From Squalus acanthias (Eukaryota): 64,000 nucleotides of DNA. The notes beneath the pieces are model-generated. The model was not told where the DNA came from. It did not search any database and saw only the letters and a list, made by a program, of their open reading frames with translations. Numbering within the stretch: the stretch's first letter is position 1; each line of letters starts with the position of its first letter. Both the position numbers and the translations under genes were made by a program. The stretch lies in contig JASTWF010000036.1 in assembly GCA_030390025.1 (NCBI GenBank), forward strand, positions 1,922,001-1,986,000, read 5' to 3'. This document shows positions 36,353 to 49,673 of this stretch, one piece after another.

Positions 36353-36457
36353 AACCCATGTGAGAACCTAAGGAGCCACCCAGCTGGAATGACATACCCA
36401 GCGAACATTCTACCTCACCACCCGCCTCGCAGCACGTTCGAAGACTTCACCTGCTGA
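36353..36457 (+). CDS. ASIC1: ASIC1 terminal coding exon ending in the PDZ-binding motif EDFTC
   Basis: Acceptor ctttttccacag|AAC. Encodes [37 protein letters not shown], versus human ASIC1 [34 protein letters not shown]. Confidence 0.96.
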   Translation, partial: NPCENLRSHPAGMTYPANILPHHPPRSTFEDFTC

Positions 36458-38699
36458 TGGCGGAGGCTCACGATCGGCGACCACCACAACACACACGTAT
36501 CTCACAGATCAACGAGCAGAAAGGAGACTGGACTGTCCACGGAGGTTGGAGCTGTCTAATTCTGAACTACCAAAGTCATTGAACAAACCTTCTGGAGACA
36601 CACTCAAAAACAACCCGACTACATGTCTGAAACAAAATGGCAGTTTTGGGGATGACTGTTCCGTGGACTCCGCTCATTCTTACACTAACTTTACAACAAA
36701 GAAAAACAACTTTTTTCTCTCATCTAGAGTCATATTCCAGTTTTGTAAAAGGAATTTTTTATTCACTGATTATCGTAAACGCTTCTGTAGGCCGCTCGTA
36801 TTGTCTTGCGTGATCATGTTCTTAAGATAAAAAAAATTAGAACACATTTCACGTCATCTCAAGTGAAACCTGTTGCTGCAGCAATTCATTTTCGATCGCT
36901 GATGGAATTTTGTTTATTAACAACATATTTACTCACTCTATATTTTCTTTTCCATCGCCAAATGGTCACTTTACACTATAGTTCACTCAGAGTTGGAATC
37001 AAAGGGGGAAAGTAGCGCAGGCTTGATTTACAGGTTAGTGCGGCCTCACTCATTGGTTGAATTGCACACCAGTTCAATGTTTCAATCCAGCCAAAATTGG
37101 GAGCGAAGTCCGTCTTGGGCCATAGCGCAAAACCTGCGCCGCTGGGATACGTGGGCCTTTACGCAGGCCTACACCTGCAGGCCCAGGACCCAAAGAGTCC
37201 GAAGCTCCGGCGACACCAGGTACGTTCGGATTTTTTTTCCGGTTTGGAGGCGTATTCTTCTGGTACGCCTCCAACCGCAAATTCAGGGCCCATAATCCTT
37301 AGTTGGATTAAACATGGACCCAAACGCCACACTTCAGTGCATAATCCATTATTCTGGAATCTTATTCTTATTGAGAAGACTAGATGAAGGGCTGAGACCC
37401 ATAGTACAAGATACCACCTACATTTAATAAGTAAAAATATATATATTTTACAAAGTAGTGACTGATTACAAGCTTGAGTTTTAAACACCTGTAGATTGTA
37501 GGAGGAAGAAAAGACGGCAGTAAGGGTTACGGAACCAAGGCGGGTAGATGAAGTTGAGGTACAGATCAGCCATGATCTAATTGAATGGTGGAACAGGCTC
37601 GAGGGGCTGAATGGCCTCCTCCTGTTCCTAATGTTTGACAACAGGGAGGGAATCACCCAAAGACACTCTCACTGCAGAGGCAAGCCAATAGAAGGGTCCA
37701 ACAGCTTCTGTTAAGGTGCCACCTTATCATTCACAGAACTCTTCAAACGTTCCATTAGTGTTGCCTGGCCCATTTCATTGTTGCTTTTCACTTATCACAT
37801 GATGTCTGGAAGCCCTAATGGAGGTGACACCATCCATTAGTTCATGCCTGTGATGCCCAGCAGACTGAGTTTCCTGGTTTCAACTAGGCCACATTGGGAG
37901 AAGCAATGAACAGGGACAATGCATTCCAAATTCGACTGATAAGTGTCAGAACTGGACAACTGGAGGTGCTTGTATTTAACACTTTTTAAAAAAGCAGCCA
38001 CAACTCCTTATTGACAGAACTAATTGATGAGATCCTAAATTTAACTTCAAACCTGATGCCTGACAACTACCGTAAAGGCAGTTAGCCAGTGTACAATATG
38101 ATAAAAATGTTAAAATTTAAGCTTCTAAGCACCTCACTTGATCTAAGATGGATGTAAAGTCTGAGGGTATTTATTTAGTGACTCACATAGGATTAGACCA
38201 TCATCCCAGAGCAGTGGTATTCATTATATGGCGAAGGAGCATTTGTCGCCCATCTCCAAGCACCTGTAGTTCTCAGCAGGCTTTCCGGCCCTCCTGGCCG
38301 GCTGTAGAATGAATCATAGAATGATACAGCACAGGAGGAGGCCATTCGGCCCATCATGCATGTGTCGGCTACTTGTAGCCTACAGCCTTTAGGTAGTCTC
38401 CCTCTCGCCAATCCTCCAGGTTTGGACTGGATGCCTTGTGTTTTTTTTCCCCAGAGAGCTGCCCTCAGAATTCTAAACTGTAGCCGCAACCACCAAAAGT
38501 TTGTTTCTTTTCAAAGTAGCAAATCAGTTTTTCCCTCCACTCCTGCCGCCTCATGTTGTGGAGGATCTTGGTGGTAAGGTGTCAATAGTGCGATGATGCA
38601 GGTTGTCGGTAGTCACTCTGGTTTTTGTTGCTCTTTCTATCAGGTGCTAACAACTAGCTGCTTCGGATCGTGACTACAATACACGCAACTCGTGTCTCT

Positions 38700-39095
38700 T
38701 AGAAACATAGAAAAATAGGAGCAGGAGTCGGCCATTCGGCCCTTCGAGCCTGCTCCGCCATTCAATATGATCATGGCTGATCCTCTATCTCAATACCATA
38801 TTCCCGCTCTCTCCCCATACCCCTTGATGCCTTTTGTGTCTAGAAATCTATCTCCTTCTTAAATATATTCAGTGACTTGGCCTCCACAGCCTTCTGTGGT
38901 AGAGAATTCCACAGGTTCACCACCCTCTGAGTGAAGACATTTCTCCTCATCTCAGTCCTAAATGTCCTACCCCGTATCCTGAGACTGTGACCCCTCGTTC
39001 TCGATCCCCCCCCCCCAGCCAGGGGAAACATCCTCCCTGCATCCAGTCTGTCCAGCCCTGTCAGAATTTTATACGTTTCAATGAGATCCCCTCTT
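38700..39095 (-). mobile_element. CR1 3' end
   Basis: SRTRGHSLRIRG..FTQRVVNLWNSLP; tail agaaacatagaaa on the + strand. Confidence 0.88.
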
Positions 39096-41242
39096 GCAAG
39101 TCCAACCCACAGCTACCTCCTCTTGTATCAGCTGTGGCTCAATGAGTTGCACTTTCACCTCTGAGCCCCAGTCCGGAGACTTGAGCATAAGATCCAGGCT
39201 GACACTCCCAGTGCCAGTACTGTCGGAGGTGCCATCTTTCAGATGAGCATGTCGACTAAACTCAGTGCCGTCTCCTGACCTTTCTTTTTTTTAACTTTTC
39301 AGCAGAAGAAGGTATGGGGATATTATTTGAAGGCACAGGTCTCCCTGCTTCCTTACAGTGATTTAATAGAATTATATTGGTCCAATATATTTCTCCTCTT
39401 CCTGTGGGGAAGTGCCTGGTCTTTGGGAACTGCCCATAGTGGCATGATTGAAATCAGGAGTTCACTGCGTGTGGGCGAATTGCAGACCCTCACCCATCAC
39501 CTGGTGATCCTGCGTTGGTTTGGAGTGTGGCCCTTGACAAAAAGCGAGTGAGTCGTAGAGTTAGAAACCGATTTGTGCATTGTTGTATTAAACATAATTT
39601 CAAGGTAGGATACTGCACAATGTTCAGACTTTAGTGTACGGTGACCATTGGTATAAGCAGAGCAAAACATAATTGATTTCAGCACGGATTACCATTCGAA
39701 TCCTTTTGTTAATTTGTGTACTTTCACAAGAGATTCGTCACTGCTGTATTATACTCTTAAACATTTACATGTTGTATGAGACGGAAAGTCTGATGTTTGA
39801 AAGATTTTCACAGTGTAATGTATGTGCTTGAATTTATCTTAAGGAAACTATGTATCCAATGCTATGCCAATTTGGAGAAGAAATGGATTGATGATTAGAA
39901 TCAACGAAGGACTAACAATCTAATTCAAATTGCAACGGTAATCATTTGAAACTAGCCTTACGTTAAGTAATGTCAATTCTATGCGGAGTATTACCTCCAT
40001 CGGTGTTTTACACGACTGTCAGCCCGAAGCCAGAAGAGTGTAAAGTCATTTAATTCCAGTGACTAATCAGCTGCTAATTATCCCTCAAACGACTTGTCGC
40101 GGTTGCGTGACAGCTGAGAGTCCCCGCACTGCAGAGGTCATCGTGCACAGGTGACAAAAACGTGCGTCAGCCAATGCATCTGGTACTGGCAACAAAAGAA
40201 AGGGGACCTAAAACAGAAACGAACCACCACCACTAGAAACCCCACAGTCGGTATTAGCCACGGCCAGAATCTTACGGACTTGGTCCGTTTTAAGAACAAA
40301 TCCCAACACGTAGCCATTCCCAGTGTATCTCCCACCACCTGAAATGTCCTTTCCACAGCTCTAATGATGAACGATAAGCGGGAGGGGAGGGGAGGGGGGG
40401 AGGGGAATAAAAGGAACTTGAATTCCCCTTTAACCCAGAATTGATGCCACTTTGGTACAAATGGTGCATCCATCATTGTCGCAGAGTGACTGTCATTGTC
40501 ATTGGCTACTAAATTGTAACCACTTGTGTCAGCAACGACACTGCTGCTTTTTAAAGTAGCACGGGGATTGGGTAGCACAGTCCTGCACCGCTGGGATTTG
40601 GATTCGAATTCACCCCAGACTTCGGGTGACTTGCCGTCTCTCCCTGTTGGCTTTCCGCGTCCTTTATGAAGTGAGCTCAGGTGATCTCAAGGCTGTACTT
40701 GCTGAGATCACAGAATAACACGGCTGTAGTTATGCATTAAATATGAGCTGATGTGTTAATTGCCATTAAACTATTAACCTCACTGTTGGAGAATTAGGGC
40801 AGTGGATATTGTGGAATGGAGATGTCACATTGATTCTCGGCTGAGATTGGAGGCTATAACATATTGTTGGGGCACAGTAGAGAGAGTCTTGTTAATTCTA
40901 ACTCGTGCTCTACCTGATGTGAGAGTACATCGCTGATATTGGATGTAAAAGTATGAAAACCTTCCACTACCACTGAGATTCTTCACCAAAAAGAGCTAAT
41001 ATTCAGCCCTTCCCTTCCCTCACCCTCAAAAAAATGCAATTGCCCATTATTCCCCCTTAAGGGGGAGTGGAAATTCTTCTTTTTGGGCTGATTGATAAAG
41101 ATTATTCCTAGACATTTCCAGTGGTGACTGAGCTGACTGATTTCTAATTGATCCCAGTTGACAAAGTAACTACTGGAATGAACACCTTAATCATCGTTAG
41201 TGTAGGTGTTTCTGGTATTTTGAGTGCAGATTATTATCTGCT

Positions 41243-41508
41243 CCCTGCGATTTTAACCCTACTCACAGCAGAAACCAGGCGGGCGGGCAGTTAAAATCGC
41301 CCTGGCTCTTACCTGTCCGAAAGCCGCCATGATCGCAACATCTGCAATTTTAACCTGCTCTCCTGAGCAGGCAGCAAGGACACCCGCCCGGAGCCAACAG
41401 GGTCCTTCTTTACACTTGCATGTTGCGGCCCGATGACATCATTGAGACCCGACTGTAATTTTAACTCTGGCCTGAGCGGGGAATCCACCTGGAGTTAAAA
41501 TCGGGGCC
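41243..41508. mobile_element. GC-rich MITE with repeated TTTTAAC/GTTAAAA motifs; related pieces at ~18669, ~34711 and ~62745
   Basis: cgattttaac...gttaaaatcg inverted motifs at both ends and internally. Confidence 0.55.
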
Positions 41509-42411
41509 ACATGTAACTCTTTCCTTCAACCAGGCAGGAACGGGATGAGAATTTCCCCACAGGTTCTGACGCTAGTGGCGCTCCCTGTGCAGGTGACATT
41601 CCATTCACAATTGTTACGACAAAATCAATTCGAAGACACGCTTGTTTACGTCGCCTTTATAGTATCCCGTTAACTAAAAGAAAATGCCATTCTGGATTCC
41701 GGAATTGCAACCTGTAACAAAACAACTTGCATTTATATAGCGCCTTTAACATAGTAAAACGTACCAAGGCCCTTACCCTATAACTCCCTGTGAAATTACG
41801 CAGCGTCTCTGAGTGACAGTCCACAGGAAGGGTCTGACAGTCCTTTAAATGTTTTTGTTAAGACAAGAGAGTGATATCTAGGGAGTGAAATGAAGCCAAG
41901 CCAACAGTCTCAAGCCTGTGCAATTCTTGTTATGTATAAGTTCCACCAAGTAACATCAGATACAGTACATTGACTTGCATCTTATTCATTTAGCTTAATG
42001 TGTTGTTATGTATAGTAACCATTAGACGCTCGTAATATTACAAAGCTGTTGTGCCATTCCTTGTTACTGACTTCAGACTGCCTTTAATTGTATGAGGAAC
42101 AAAAAAAAAACATTTAGCCTTTAACATGGGAAATATATGTACTATGTACAAGTTTTATTCAGATAAAGCACAAGGGTACAGAATGGTAGTGTATGCCAGG
42201 TGATCCACTATTTTATCATTGTAAACATGATGGCTATTTAGATACAGCAATGAGTGGTTTCTATAGCTGAAACACCATTGTCTCTTCTTGACTTTTGATG
42301 CCATACTGTGATGTTTTACATGTCTGGAAGAGAAAGTTTGGTTTCGATTTTGATTTCCTACAAGCACTAATCATCAAAAAAATCCAAACAGGATTTTGTG
42401 GTAGACTTCGA

Positions 42412-43052
42412 GGGGGTGAAATTCCCCTCGTTTGCGCCTCCAGTGGCGAAATTCCACGGGAGTTTAGCGGCGGCGCTACCGGGTATTGCCCTGATCGGCT
42501 GCGCCTGGAGATCATGACGTCATCTCCGGGCGCAGCGCCCCGGGAGAAAAATCCCCCCTCGCGCCCCACAGCAGCGCCGGGCGATGTTACCGAATGCTGC
42601 AGGGGTCGCGAGCAGTGAGGTCGGCCGCTCGCGGGGCGCAACTTAAAGGCGCGGTGGCCGGCCAAAAAAAACCCGATTTTTAAAAAAAAGAATGATTTTC
42701 GGCCAGCGGTCGCGGCGTCCGTGCTGCCATCGCTCAGCCCGGCACTCTGCTTGGTCTGCTGATCGCGCGGCGCTCCCGCTCCCCGGTGGCCCAGAAATCT
42801 ACAATGAAACCCGCAGAGCTTGCAGCTTGTGGCCCTTCCCTTTAATGCAGGGAAGAGCCCCTGCAACGCGGCGCATCGCCCCGGGTCGGGACATGCCCCG
42901 CGTGTTGCGCGCCAAGATTTAGCGCTCCACTTCCCTCTTGGAGCAAAAAGAGGGAATTTAACAAATGTTTGAAAAGGTTAACGCCTGGCGCTAACTTTCC
43001 AGACATTTCTCACTTAGCGCCCCAAAAAGCCCTCTCGGGGAATTTCTCCCCC
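42412..43052. mobile_element. Harbinger-like GC-rich non-autonomous element
   Basis: GGGGGTGAAATTCCCC...GGGGAATTTCTCCCCC; flanks CGA/AGA. Confidence 0.78.
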
Positions 43053-44594
43053 AGAATGTTAGTTTGAAGACCCAAGCCCATGGATTCTTAGCAGATCTTC
43101 ATTTTCTTGCTTCACCTAAACTCAAGACAATGACTGTTCAAATGAGACCACAGTGACCCATTGGAGCAAAGCATTTCATCAATGGTGGTGTCAGCGTTCC
43201 ATCAACATTAGTCAGGATGGATTTGCAGAAGTGAAAATGTGGACTTCTGAAGGACAGGTTGGGAAGGATCAGGATATCCCGAGCAGTTAGTGTCAATTAT
43301 ACAGAGCAGTCAATGATGTTGGTGCTTTCAAATCACAGATCATGGCTTCTTGTGAGAAAACAAATTTTCAAGTATATTGTACCTGCCATCAACAAAGATG
43401 CCCTTCTTTACTTATATGAAATTAATAAATATATATCATAGTATGCCATTGTAAATGTGATGTGTGTGGTCATTATTGGACAGTTTGCTGACTGGTGGTT
43501 ACATTTCTTTTATTTACAACTAAATATTGAACAGCAACCCCCCCAGACAACTGACTCACTGGATGATCTTTCATCCCAGGTTTGACCCCTGGTCTGTGTT
43601 CATTTAGCCGGGGTGGGGAATAAACTGCTACAGCCTCAGCACTCCTGCGCTAGTAAAGGTAAAAGACAGAGCTCCAGCTCCTCGCTTTAAAATATACTGG
43701 TCCTGAATTTCCACAGGGGTTGTCCCAATGTCCCGCTGCAACTTCGGCGGGAGAAGAGCAGGACCCCTGGAGCAAATGGCTGAAGACGCCCATTAATGCC
43801 GCTGCTCTGAGGGCTTCCACCAATCTCCTGCAGCAGTCCACCATTGAAGGACTGGGGGTGCCACCTGTGAGCGCCAGTAGGACACACGTGGAAAGCCTAG
43901 GCAAATATTTGCTATTGGTGTTTACGGTGATATTGGATTATTTATTAACTTTGAGATAAGTTTAATTTGTTGCCTGTCCTTGATGCCACCTATGAGCGCC
44001 AAGCTTGAATGGCTTATAAAGCCACCTGATCACTCTCCATTGTGCTACGTTCTTGCAACACAAGATCCAAGCTTCCTTTAAAGTGATGCAACTGTTGAGC
44101 TATAAGTTGTAATCACACGCCCGCACGGCTAGTCCCTGGGGACTGCAGTGGCACATCATGGCAGATAGGAATGCCAATGGGGAAGCTTTCACGGTGCCAG
44201 TTAACGTGGCAGGAAGACAAATTGGAGAGAGAAGTTTTCTGTCTGTCAGTTACAGGGAAAACGCGTGCCCTGTATCTGTTCCAAAGACAAAACCTGACCA
44301 AACAGAAGTTTGAAGATGTGCTGTTTTCTGTGAGAAATCAAGCTTGGAAATGAAGCTGTGGAGATTACCGTACAAACACTGAGCACACTCATTAAATTCC
44401 TCGGCTTCTATTTTATTGGAGATGTTAACCTGTTTGAAATAAATGGGTTAACACTCCCATTAAAATAGCAGAGGACATTAAGTGCTTGTATGGCAGGAAT
44501 CGCTCAGTTATTTCCAGGCTCAGATTAATAAACTTTTCCCATCTTTATTAGATGAATAAGATGATAAACTCTAAAGAGCTCTGAATTTCATCTC

Positions 44595-46107
44595 TGTAGA
44601 ATCAACAGAGTGTGCAATAACTAGGTGTGAAATGAATCCTATCAAATGTTGATGTACATACAAGTTCCAGGCTCCAAAGAGAGAAGTAATTAAGGGCAGG
44701 AGTTGGACTGCACTCCCCCTTTTGTGTGTCCATGTAGGAGATGGTGTTCCAACTTCAAAGAAGGAAAAGTTGACATAGCTGCCTCCCCATCCCCCCCTCC
44801 TGCTGCCATCTAGGAAATATGGCAGCCATTTTGAAATTCAGCCAAAAAGAGCAGCAAGCCAATAAATTGTTGATTAAGTAATCTTGGTGTTGTTTTCCAC
44901 ATTTGAATATCGACATCAGGATTTTCTGACCCTACGCTGGTCATAAGAAAATAAAAAGGCTCAATTTTGCTGGGAGGTGTCTCCATCAATGCGAGAGAGA
45001 GTGTTTGAACCTCACTAGCAAGGACCCATTAAAGAGAAGGGATTGTCTTTTTTAAAGTGCCACCTTCCATTCAACCCATTCACACTAGGGGTGGGCAATA
45101 CCCATCATCTCTTCAATCACATTTTCTTTACGATGTAAAAGAATATCATAAATTACAAAGTTGAGAACAATGGGAGAAAGGTTCGGTGTTCATGGCGTAA
45201 CGTGAAATGCCGATACATTTGCGTGGCACAGCCAACATACCCACAGTGCATCTGCCAGTATGGCAAGCGTTCAGTCGCATCTGAGCCCCGTTGATGCTTT
45301 GTGACTTGAATTCAGAGCGATATTAGGAGGCCCCTATTTCCAAGTGGAGTATCAGTCACTCTTCTCTCAGTGTGTATTCTGTTGCTAGCAGGCAGAGTGA
45401 CAAGAAATTATGATCAAGGTTCAAGCTATCAAACAGTCAATTTCCAACCAGAAGCCAAGACCTTATATTCCACTATAGAATTATTGCACTATCGAATGTA
45501 TCTGTCTTAGCTTGATGAATCTTGTAAGTTCTTGATCAGGTTACTATACCAGAGGAGCACATTGTGCATTATGCACTGGGCATTGTAATAGGATCCATAA
45601 GACAGTGTTTCAGCTCCACAACCACTCCACATTAAAACAGTGACGCAGTGACTGTAAATGCATAACAAATCAACGATCTGGAAAGGATCTGTGGAAAAAA
45701 ACAGTTGAATACTCCCCCGCACTTGGGGCTGTGTAGAATCAACAGAGTGTGCAATAACTAGGTGTGAAATGAATCCTATCAAATGTTGATGTACATACAA
45801 GTTCCTGTTAAAACCATTGGAGGCTCCAAATAGAGAAGTAATTAAGGGCAGGAGTTGGACTGCACTCCCCCTTTTGTGTGTCCATGTAGGAGATGGTGTT
45901 CCAACTTCAAAGAAGGAAAAGTTGACATAGCTGCCTCCCCATCCCCCCTCCTGCTGCCATCTAGGAAATATGGCAGCCATTTTGAAATTCAGCCAAAAAG
46001 AGCAGCAAGCCAATAAATTGTTAATTAAGTAATCTTGGTGTTGTTTTCCACATTTGAATATCGACATCAGGATTTTCTGAACCTACGCTGGTCATAAGAA
46101 AATAAAA
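44595..46107 (+). repeat. Local direct duplication of ~365 bp (44595-44957 and 45732-46107)
   Basis: Near-identical copies from tgtagaatcaacagagtgtgc to gtcataagaaaataaaaa; 15-bp indel (tgttaaaaccattgg). Confidence 0.95.
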
Positions 46108-47069
46108 AAGGGCATGGCAGAAGAAAAGGTTGTTTGGCATCTCAATCCTAGTCCTTCCACAAGCTGTGTACTGTTGGCCCTCCCATGGACTCTGTCAAAA
46201 GCACACAATCCTCACGAGGGGAGCTCAATCACAGGTAAAACTTCCAAAGAAAATGAAGCGCCTTGAAATTTCTCCACGGCAATCAAGCAAGATTGCAGGC
46301 TATCAATCAACATAGCTCAGCCCTGACGAGCGCACCTTTCACACAGCGCTCCATCGAGTACTCAATGATTTATCTCTGCACTCACTTTTACCCTCTTCAA
46401 TCACGCTCCTCGTCAGATATTTATGTAACTCCTTTTGAAAGGAGTTCATCAATGTAGCAGTAACTGCTTTTGCTGCGAGTCTGTTCCAGATATCTCCAAT
46501 TCTGTGTGTTGGGGGGATGGGTGGAAATCCAGTTTCTACTCTTGGCCAAGTCTTGTGTTACATCTTTGGGGTTCCATTCTAGATCTTTTCCCTGGGTTCA
46601 GCATTTTCAGACCATTCCAATAAGTGAGCTGTCACTCCCTATGGGGCTTTACCTGCTCACTAATTCGTAGGCAGCGCGGGGACCAGGCAGAAAACCCTCA
46701 GCGCTGTATTTCAGCTACTGGTTAGAACACTGCCATCATGGGATCTTACTCCACTTTGCAAGATGCTCGAAGAAACATTGTGCAATGTTTACGATGTGCA
46801 ACAGGACAAAGCAATGTGGTTCACCTGTCCAGGTGCACAGGTTCTCCCATCTGGTTGAAGTTTGGGGTCTTTTGAAATGATTTTGAAATGGTTTATTTTG
46901 GGATCACTTTGGATCTGCAACTTCATCCCTGACCACTTCATATTAATAATGGTGTCTGCACTGTAACAAGCTGAAGCAAGCCCAGGACCCAGTGGTCAAT
47001 TAGACACACAGATGAGCTCTTAAAACAAATGAGGTTTATTGACCCATGTTGTGTCTTTGCTCACACCAA

Positions 47070-47372
47070 TAGAAAGACTTGCATTTCTATCGCGCCTTTC
47101 ACCATCCTCAGGACGTCCCAAAGCGCTTTACAGCCAATGAAGTACTTTTGAAGTGTAGTCACTGTTGTAATGTAGGAAACGTGGCAGCCAATTTGCGCAC
47201 AGCAAGCTCCCACAAACAGCAATGTGATCAGGACCAAATAATTTTTTTTTGTTGTTGATTGAGGGATAAACATTGGCCAGGAGACTGGGGATAACTCCCC
47301 TGCTCTTCTTCAAAAAAGTGCCATGGGATCTTTTACATCCAACTGAGAGACAGCTTCAACGTCTCCTCCGAA
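47070..47372 (-). mobile_element. Deu-domain SINE, 5' part lost at the CT tract
   Basis: gaaagacttgcatttctat...gccatgggatcttttacatcc. Confidence 0.82.
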
Positions 47373-47377
47373 ATCAA

Positions 47378-49563
47378 TCTATCTCTCTCTCTCTCTCTCT
47401 CTCTCCCCTCCTATCCTCCCTCCTATCCTCCCTCCTATCCTCCCTCTCCCTCTCCCTCTCCCTCCCTCTCCCACCCCCTCCCTCTCCCCCTCCCTCCACC
47501 TCCCTCTCCCCCTCCCTCCCCCCTCTCGCTCTCCCTCTCCCTCCTCCTCCTCCCTCTCCCTCTCCCTCTCCCTCTCCCCCTCCCTCTCCCCTCTCCCTCT
47601 CCCTCTCCCTCTCCCTCTCCCTCTCCCTCCCCCTCCCCCTCCCCCTCCCCCTCCCCCTCTCCCTCTCCCTCCACCTCCCTCCACCTCCCTCCCCCTCCAC
47701 CTCCCTCCACCTCCCTCCCCCTCCACCTCCCTCCACCTCCCTCCCCCTCCCTCTCCCTCTCCCTCCCCCTCCCTCCCCCCCTCCCCCTCCCCCTCCCTCT
47801 CCCACTCCCTCTCCCCCTCCCTCTCCATCCCCCCTCTCCTCCCCCTCTCCCTCCCCCTCCACCCTCCCCCCCTCCCCTCTCCCCACCTCCCTCTCCCCCT
47901 CCCTCTCCCCCCCTCTCCCCCCACCCCCCCTCCCTCCCTCACCCTCCCTCCCTCAGCACCCCCCTCTCCCCCCCTCCCCCACCCTCCCTCACCCCCCCTC
48001 CCCCCCCCTCTCCCCCCCTCTCCCCCCCCTCTCCCCCCCTCTCCCTCCCCCTCCCCCCTCCCTTCCCCCCTCCCTCTTCCCCCCCCTCCCTCTTCCCCCC
48101 CCTCCCTCTTCTCCCCCCCCCTCCCCTCTTCCCCCCCCTCCCTCTTCCCCCCCCTCCCTCTTCCCCCCCCCCCCTCCCCCCCTCTTCCCCCCCCCCCCCC
48201 CTTCCCCCCCTCCCTTCCCCCCCCCCCTCTTCCCCCCCCTCCCTCTCCCCCCCTCCCTCTTCCCCCCCCTCCCTCTTCCCCCCCCTCCCTCTCCCCCCCT
48301 CCCTCTTCCCCCCCCCTCCCTCTTCCCCCCCTCCCTCTTCCCCCCCCTCCCTCTTCCCCCCCTCCCTCTTCCCCCCCCCTCCCTCTTCCCCCCCCCTCTC
48401 CCTCCCCCTCCCCCCTCCCTTTTCCCCCCCTCCCTCTTCCCCCCCCTCCCTCTTCCCCCCCCTCCCTCTTCCCCCCCCTCCCTCTTACCCCCCCTCCCTC
48501 TTACCCCCCTCCCTCCTCGCCCTCCCTCTTCCCCCCATCTCCCTCTTCCCCCCCCTCCCTCTTCCCCCCCCTCCCTCTTCCCCCCCCTCCCTCTTTCCCC
48601 CCCTCCCTCTTCCCCCCCTCCCTCTTCCCCCCCCCTCTTCCCCCCTCCCTCTTCCCCCCCTCCCTCTTCCCCCCCCCTCCCTCTTCCCACCCCCCTCCCT
48701 CTTCCCCCCCCTCCCTCTTCCCCCCCTCCCTCTTCCCCCCCCCCTCCCTCTTCCCCCCCTCCCTCTTCCCCCCCCCTCCCTCTTCCCACCCCCCTCCCTC
48801 TTCCCACCCCCCTCCCTCTTCCCCCCCCTCCCTCTTCCCACCCCCCTCCCTCTTCCCCTCCCTCCCTCTCCCTCCCCTCCCTCCCTCTCCCTCCCCTCCC
48901 TCTCCCTCCCCTCCCTCCCCCTCCCTCTCCCTCCCTCTCCCTCCCTTCCCTCTCCCTCTCCTCCCTCTCCCTCCCCTCCCCTCCCTCTCCCTCCCCTCCC
49001 TCTCCCTCCCTCTCCCTCCCCTCCCCTCCCCTCCCTCTCCCTCCCCCTCCCCTCCCCTCCCTCCCTCTCCCTCTCCCTCCCCCTCCCCCTCCCCCTCCCT
49101 CCCCCTCCCCTCCCTCCCCCTCCCCCTCCCCTCCCTCCCCCTCCCCCTCCCCTCCCTCCCCCTCCCCCTCCCCTCCCTCCCCTCCCTCCCCCTCCCCCTC
49201 CCCCCTCCCCTCCCTCCTCCTCCCCCTCCCCTCCCTCCCCCTCCCCTCCCTCCCCTCCCTCCCCCTCCCCCTCCCCCTCCCCTCCCTCCCCCTCCCCCTC
49301 CCCTCCCTCCCCCTCCCCCTCCCCTCCCTCCCCCTCCCCTCCCCTCCCCCTCCCCTCCCTCCCCCTCCCCTCCCTCCCCCTCCCCCTCCCCTCCCTCCCC
49401 CTCCCCCTCCCCTCCCTCCCCCTCCCCCTCCCCTCCCCTCCCTCCCCCTCCCCTCCCTCCCCTCCCTCCCCCTCCCTCCCCCCTCCCTCCCCCTCCCCCT
49501 CCCATCCCTCCCCCTCCCCCTCCCCCTCCCCCTCCCCCTCTCCCTCTCCCTCTCCCTCCCCCC
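47378..49563. repeat. 2.2-kb polypyrimidine/polypurine low-complexity tract
   Basis: Almost exclusively C/T on the + strand, in zones of (ctctcc)n, (tccctcttccccccc)n and (ctcccc)n. Confidence 0.97.
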
Positions 49564-49673
49564 ACGCCATTTCCCTGCCTTTTATTCATACAGGCCAAGA
49601 GTCATTCCTGATTTAAAGACAAAAATGAGAAGTCGCACAACACCAGGTTATAGTCCAACAGATTTATTTAATT

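Noticed and set aside
36458..37500. ASIC1 polyadenylation site
   Set aside because: I found no unambiguous AATAAA with a downstream element, so the 3' UTR end cannot be placed.
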